The notes below the pieces were generated by a model. The model was given only the letters and a program-made list of their open reading frames with translations. It did not search any database and was not told where the DNA came from. DNA of 63,970 nucleotides, filler included, from Klebsormidium nitens (Eukaryota > Plantae > Klebsormidiophyceae): NCBI GenBank assembly GCA_000708835.1. It is 6 parts of 6 records of this genome, joined end to end, with 100 filler letters (N's around TTAATTAATTAA, not from the genome) between each part and the next. Parts side by side here need not be neighbours in the genome. Positions count along the whole stretch, not along the records: positions 56,851 to 61,914 come from DF238455.1; positions 62,015 to 63,970 come from DF237086.1; 4 more parts are not named here. One strand, 5' to 3'. The position numbers were made by a program, and so were the translations under genes. The number at the start of each line of letters is the position of its first letter. Within the stretch, counting starts at the first letter, position 1. This document shows positions 57,771 to 63,970 of the stretch, one piece after another.

Positions 57771-60700
57771 ATGGCTACCGCTCTGCGAGTTGGGGCTTCC
57801 AACGCGATTGGATCTGCTTTTGCTAATGGTAAAATGCAAACGTCTGAGGTGAGTGCCGGTTCTTTTGTTGCATTCCTCTTCAATGGTATCACAGATTTGC
57901 TTAGTTCTTAGTAAGGGAAATAGGAAGCTTTGGACCTGCTTTCTTCTCAACCTTCTATAGCCTTTTTCCTAATCCCTCCCCATTTCTTTGCAGGGAAGAC
58001 TTTGTCCTCGTGCCAGCCAGAATATCAAAATGATAGAAGAGGTGAGTGTGTTTGATCACAGATTCTGCCTGATTTACAGATCAAGCTATCTTGTTTTCTT
58101 TTCCAGCTTCACTACAAGATTTGGCTTAGAAATCATTGCTAAGATCTGAAAGCTTCCTAGCTTCATGCATACTGCTAGTGGGAGAAAGTCCTGCTGGTGC
58201 TATCCTTTGTACTGAAATGTTCTCTCGCTCAGCAGGTCCTTATAAGAGGCCCACAATCCCCCCAGCATGGTGAGTTCAAGTTTGAAGGGGGGGGTGGCAC
58301 TAGTTGAGTGAAAGACTCTGGTAACATACACAGAACCAACCAGTCACAAGTGTTGATTAAGTTGTCATCTTTCAGCTGTCCTTTCATCAAGGACAGTACG
58401 CTGTACGCACGGGCTGATCGTACTCACTCGTTTTGCAGATGCCAAAGGCTGGACATTCAACCCCGGCTCCTACGAGAAGTCCACCGCAAGTGAGACAAAT
58501 CTTGAAGGCTATTTCTCGTTTTCTGTTTGCAAACTCTTATGTCTACCATCATTTTAAAGGCTACGCAACAGCAGCTGCCCCTGTATGTGCTGGCTCTGCG
58601 AGTGGTCAGCCCTAGGTATGTTACTTGTGGTCACATATCTGCAGAGGAAAGTTCTTTGGCTGCCTTATAGATTTATTCATAGCTTTATCTGAAGTTACTC
58701 GTCTGAGTTGCATCTCTCGACAAACATGGTGCTTCGCAGATAGAGAGCAATCTTGAGAGTAGGTCAAATCAGTGCCCCGAAGATGGTGTCCCATCATCTC
58801 TCCCTGTCAACCCTGAACAAAACTATCTTCAGTGATTCCTCTATTAAGGAATACAATTTAGAATACAGCTCGAGCATATTCAAATGTACGCTGTTGTTCT
58901 GGTTGCAATGACTTTCGTGAAACCCTTCCTAAAAGGCGCTCTAAAAATTCAGACAACCGTTCTTGTTTATTCTGCTTCAGTTGCTGCCCTTGCCGCCGCC
59001 TCTCAGTGTAGGAGAAAGGATTCTCCTCTTTCAAATGACTTTGAAGATACTAGTACCGAGGACCGGAGCACGCGGGGTGAGGAGACGATTTCCTATTTTG
59101 CATAATTGAAAGATAAAAGATCACCTCAGCCAGCAATCGGTGGAATGATCCCTAACTGATCTGCATTTTGTAAGATAGAGGAAGAAGTAACTAAAGTGAA
59201 CACTTGTTAGACGGAATCCGACGTTGGTCTTAACGTGCAATGTGCTCTCAAGGTTGTGTACTATTGCTGAGGTTTATGAATTCTTAGTCGATTGTCGTCC
59301 TTATTTACACAGAAGAACCAAACAATAGAGGCGTTGGCTAGCTTGTCATCTAGCTGTCCCTCATCAAGGACGGTGATTATGCACGGGCTGATTGTACTCA
59401 CTTGTATCACAGAATGCAAAGGCTGGGCCACCAACCTCATCGACGACTCACCAACCAATCAGACACGCGGTGGCTTCTTCACCACGCCTCAAACCAGTGA
59501 GAAGATACAATGAAACTTGAAGGGTGTTGTCTCATTTTCTGTTTGCAAACTTTGATACATATCTAACATCAGTTCAAAGGATATGCAGCAGCTGCCTCTC
59601 TATTTGCTGGCTCTGCAAGTGGTCAGCCCTATCTTAACGGTGGTCAATTCTTTTCTGCATGTGAGTGTTCTTCGGCTTCGCTATATTTAGGCATACCTTG
59701 ATCTGAAAGTTACTTACCGAGTTGCATTTTTCAGCGCACAGGGTGCTTAACAGGAACCAAGACTATCTTCGAACATCTCTCCTTTTGCTACTGAAGATGT
59801 GGAGTACAGCTCCAACATTTGAATTCTTGCATATTGCTGTTTTCATTGCAATGGCCTTGTACGCTTTCAGAGATGTTTCTGAAGTTTCTAACAAATTCAT
59901 TTCATGTCAATGTGCTTAGAACCGACCAGAAGCACCTATGCCGCCCCCACTGGTCCTGAGGGAGAGGATTCTGGAGCTGGAGGCGATCCTGAAGGTCTTG
60001 GTTACGAGGAGGTCATGCGGGGTGAGGAGACAGTTCCGTTTTTCTGCATGGTAAAGACCGCCTCAGTCAAGAGCTCGTGCGATGATCTTCAAGTGATTTG
60101 CTTTTTGAGAGTTAGGAAGAGGTAATGTTGGAGAACCCTCGTTGAACCGAAATCGATGTTGGTGTAATTATGCAATCTTTACTCCAAAGGTGGTGGACCT
60201 ATTGCTGAGGTACTTGGGTTTGTAGATTCTGAATCAAGTTCGTCTTGTAGATGAGGAGCTCGCGGCAAGCCTCAAGCAACGAGTGGACGAAGAACAACAG
60301 CGGGCGGACGGATATGGTTATCTAGTGATGGACGCGGAAGCCCTACTGGTGAGTACTTTATTGATGCATCCGGCAAAGTAAGCTTGTTGATGCATGTGGC
60401 AAGGGAGGCTCAAAGCTTCTGGAAAGCTTGTCAAGCTAAGCCAATTTATCTTTTAAGGACCTCAAGTTCTTGTGCGGCATCTCTCTTGTTACAATTGCTT
60501 TTTGGCATGTAGAACAAGAAGCATGTCATGTCTACTTTCAGAAGCCTTGAACTCGTCTCCTGTCTTTGTCCGTGCAGGACATTGTATTGAGATCCACGGA
60601 CCCGGTTGCAGCTTTGGAAGCTTTGTGCAAGCAGTACTTGATGGTCTTTGTCAGCGCAGCAGCCCTGACCCTGGCTCTGGCTGACATTCCGGACCGGCGT

Positions 60701-60808
60701 GAGGTCGCAGAAGCATTGCAGAAGGTTTTGACGCTGCAATCGTTCGTACTTTACCCCTTTTACTCCTCTTCAATAGTCGCAAGCTTCCTTCCGATGGTCA
60801 AGGCCTGA
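57771..60808 (+). CDS. Hypothetical 9-exon gene, 273 aa, with an internal two-exon duplication and a possible organellar transit peptide
   Basis: Exons 57771-57848, 57994-58041, 58236-58269, 58439-58489, 58981-59076, 59413-59496, 59920-60021, 60251-60348 and 60578-60808 sum to 822 nt with consistent phases and GT-AG introns. The N-terminus is Ala/Ser-rich. Confidence 0.65.
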
Positions 60809-61723
60809 GTCTCATCCAGTATCGCTGCAGATCTCGCAGTTGCTGTACGACTACGCGGCGAGTACGGCCAGCTGGTTAGATTTTGTGTGAAGTCAAAGGC
60901 CTTGAGGCAGGCAATGGTTTCGGTTTATGACATTCCGGAGTACCTGTTTATATGAGGACGTTGTGTTTGGCTCGCAAGCTACAAAGCCCCTGAACCTTTC
61001 ATTTTAAATGCTGCTTCTTATTGCGATCTTTTGTTACTCCATTTGCTGCAAAGCAAGCTTATGACCCTCACTTAATGTTCAGCAGGACCCTCCATGTACA
61101 GTCATCAGTGGATGGTCACTCTTGTGGCTCCGGTCAACTGGCAAGTTGAGCTATGCCGATATCATGAAGCTCCCCTTAAATTTGTTGTTACACATGGTTT
61201 GTCATCCCCAACATGAAATATTCCATTTCGGCATAACTCAATTGAAAAGCTTTCATGAATCTGACCGACCTGCAGTTATATAAATCTACGTGCAATTTTG
61301 TATGTCAAGTTATAAAAGGTACATTCTCAAGCGACTAAATCCATACTATGAGTTTCTCATATGTGTATTAATGGCTCATGTACAGATTCCTTCTCCAAAC
61401 GACTGCAATGAAAGCCATTGCATGCCTGGCCCGCCGGAAATCTGAGCTCGGGCTTGTGCATGAATGAATTTTGTCAAATCACGCTAGAGGCGCAGCTAAT
61501 TGACCGGACTTGGAACAATTCACTTCATGCTGTGTCACATTGATCATGCATGCGGACCGTACGCGCGTCCCCGAGTGCCCGGTGATTGGACTGGTACCCA
61601 TTGGGTCTGTACCGGCTCCGACTTCAGGTTTCGACCCCTGGTACGGCCCTCCCGGACAACATCACACCTTTGAGTTCCGCGGGGTCTGACATGGCGGGCT
61701 GTGATTGGCTTGAATTTTAATCC

Positions 61724-61765
61724 GAACTTCATTTGGCTTGCTGGGGGGCCTACCAAATGAAGTTC
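61724..61765. repeat. 13-bp perfect inverted repeat with a 16-nt loop
   Basis: GAACTTCATTTGG ... CCAAATGAAGTTC. Confidence 0.8.
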
Positions 61766-62014
61766 AGACTTATCTGGACGGCCATGATCGCCCCGGACGG
61801 ATCGTACGGTGGGAATGCGTTAACGCTCGTGCCGGATTTGGCAGTGACGGTAAATTCTGTTGCATGTACCGTAGAGGACGCCACGTCACCACCCCCCACG
61901 ACGATTTCCGGGCANNNNNNNNNNNNNNNNNNNNNNNNNNNNNNNNNNNNNNNNNNNNTTAATTAATTAANNNNNNNNNNNNNNNNNNNNNNNNNNNNNN
62001 NNNNNNNNNNNNNN

Positions 62015-62143
62015 CGGGGTTTAACTCGCGGCCGCACTGCGCGTTAATGACACAAGTCCGCGTGACCCGCGCGCGTATAGCTACCAGGGGATCCCCGCGA
62101 AGGGCTTGGAAAGCTAGCGCCGTTACAATCCTCCCCCCTTTTG
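62015..62143 (-). mobile_element. Polypurine tract and start of a 3' LTR, running into the gap
   Basis: Minus strand reads AAAAGGGGGGAGGAT|TGTAACGG..., with the LTR TG at 62127. Confidence 0.55.
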
Positions 62144-63277
62144 AAGAGCGAAACTCCGAAGAGCTGCAAAAGGTTCAAGCCAATGAGGGACGGGGCCCAG
62201 CGTTGAGTGAGGGCTGTAGCACTTTGCCTAGCCCATCACTCAGCACCGGGCTTGCTCCTGGTCACCCTGTACCATGGAACAAGCCTGTAAAGTTTACCTT
62301 ATAAAATCTGGAACCAGTGGATATCAAATTTGTGGGTCCGATCGTACGGTGGACAGTGACCGCCGGCCTAATTCCGGTTCAGCGCGACGCATCGAGCGAC
62401 GCCGATTTTACCGCGGAACCAAAAAGTTTCATCGACGGCAAAATGTTGATCCTACATAGAATCGAACCTTGCCGCATCGGTAACCGATGAAATCACGCTG
62501 AGTTCAGCAGACTTGTGCAACGTCAGCCAGAGCATTGTTCGACAGCGTAACTTAAATTTTAACTGAATTGGTTACGGACAAACTTAATGGATGTTAGACA
62601 TAACAAACTTATGATGTCTGCAAAAAGAGTCGACGAACCCAGCGTAAGAGTGGTCTACTCAAACGCTGAGCCAGTCGACCCGGATTTGTATCGTTAAAAT
62701 AAACTTATAGCTTAACGTTAGCAAAAGGGGGCTGTGTGGAGTGCGGGTGTCTAGTGCGTTGAGCATACTGCTCAGGCCACCCTTTAGTCCACATTTGCCC
62801 TGCCCCAAACGTTCCGAAATAAACTTATATTTCGTAACGGAACGTTAGTTAGAAGGGGCACTACCTGCTGACCTCGGCAAAAGTGTCTGTGTCCGTGTGG
62901 TCCGATTCGTGGTCATAGACTAGCGTCTTACCACCGTTCACAGACTGTAGATTTGCCCTTTGCAAAACTATCAACCCAATTACTGACCTCAGCAAAAGTT
63001 TGGCGCCATCGATCAGGAAAAGGATGGCTTTAGACCATCCTCTTACTGACCGAAGACGGGCAAGTTTTGTTCGCAATAAACTTATAAACGGGAGTCAACG
63101 TAGTCCCTGTACGACAGCAAAAGTGCAGGGCGTAGTTCACCCTGAACTTCGTCCTACGTCGAGGCTAATCAAGTTTAAACTTATAACTTGGAATCGATGT
63201 TACTTAGCTGCTCACAGACTGTATTACCACAGCCATGCACCCTTTGACGAACGCACATGCGTACGGAACAAAAGATT

Positions 63278-63350
63278 TGGGTGCCCCGAGATTCGAACCC
63301 GGTAATCTGAGCCTGGATCCGAGTATCATCTTACACCCCGGTGGTCCCCC
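63278..63350 (-). ncRNA. tRNA-like relic (pseudo-tRNA or SINE head)
   Basis: T-arm CCGGG-TTCGAAT-CTCGG (B-box), a 3' acceptor-like GGCACCCA and a downstream TTTT. D-arm and anticodon arm are degenerate. Confidence 0.35.
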
Positions 63351-63970
63351 TTACGGCACGAAGCCCGCCGCAATACTATGCGCCCTACTAGGCCAGCCCG
63401 TACAGCTGGAGCCTTTCAGGTCGGCTTATGAGCGTCAGCGCGCGAGTGGGGTACTGACCGGAAATGCAAGCCGGAAGCCTGGTAACCCGCTAGGTCATCC
63501 GTACTGACCAACACCCTGGTCGATACCCTGATCCTTCCCAAATCTGCTATTTAAAGTCCGACATCTTCACCTAGGAAGTTTGTGGGTTCTCTCGAATCTC
63601 CACCGTCGATTCTTTGACGGTTTCGTCTTGGTTCCGCGCACGCTCCGTTCCAGAAGGAATAGAGCTCAGATTGTCCCACTTGGGAGTGCGCGTGGTGGCT
63701 AGCAACGTCAAGTTGCCGGTGCCAATTATCTTCTTTGCCCGTGCTGACTACGATGCACTGGTGCAAATATATAAAGATAACTTTCTGGCTTCTGTGACAC
63801 TGTGGGTCTAAGAACACAGCAGAGGAGCCTACCTGATCATAACACGTGGCAGATCAACGGTGGTAGGCACCTCGTAGAAGGTCGGCGGGACGGCTGACGC
63901 GGCCGCGCGAGCTTCGTAGTCACAGAGCCTGCAAAACTTTAAACAATACTTTTGTCAGAAAACAGTTGAC

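Overview
Eukaryotic, intron-rich, GC-rich genomic DNA. It is probably a streptophyte green alga such as Klebsormidium; this is an inference from intron style, plant-type REV3 and telo-box motifs, and 100-nt scaffold gaps carrying a TTAATTAATTAA linker. Five such gaps split the window into six contigs. Contig 1 (1-31392) holds host genes: a 17-exon DNA polymerase zeta catalytic subunit (REV3, about 3,080 aa by manual splicing), a spliced ATP-grasp (D-Ala-D-Ala ligase-like) plus SET-domain fusion, a small spliced membrane-protein gene, and MITE-like elements. Contig 2 (31493-48764) holds the main discovery, an approximately 15-kb fragment of an endogenized giant virus (Nucleocytoviricota). It carries an intact major capsid protein (MCP), a divergently transcribed kinase and conserved virion-type ORFs, plus decayed accessory genes: Bro-N with a stop, F-box/LRR with a frameshift, and a Cys-rich/HNH-like gene with a frameshift and an apparent spliceosomal intron. 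The MCP is followed by two extra, synonymously diverged copies of its own C-terminal coding motif and has abrupt internal codon-usage patches. The rest is a transposon graveyard: a degenerate Ty3/gypsy element split by a CAC-terminal non-autonomous element with a 2-bp TSD, an LTR-like insert bracketed by a 144-bp duplication, and a SWIM/Cys-cluster transposase-like gene. It ends with a 9-exon orphan gene with an internal two-exon duplication and a tRNA-like relic. All homology calls come from motif recognition by eye; no searches were run.
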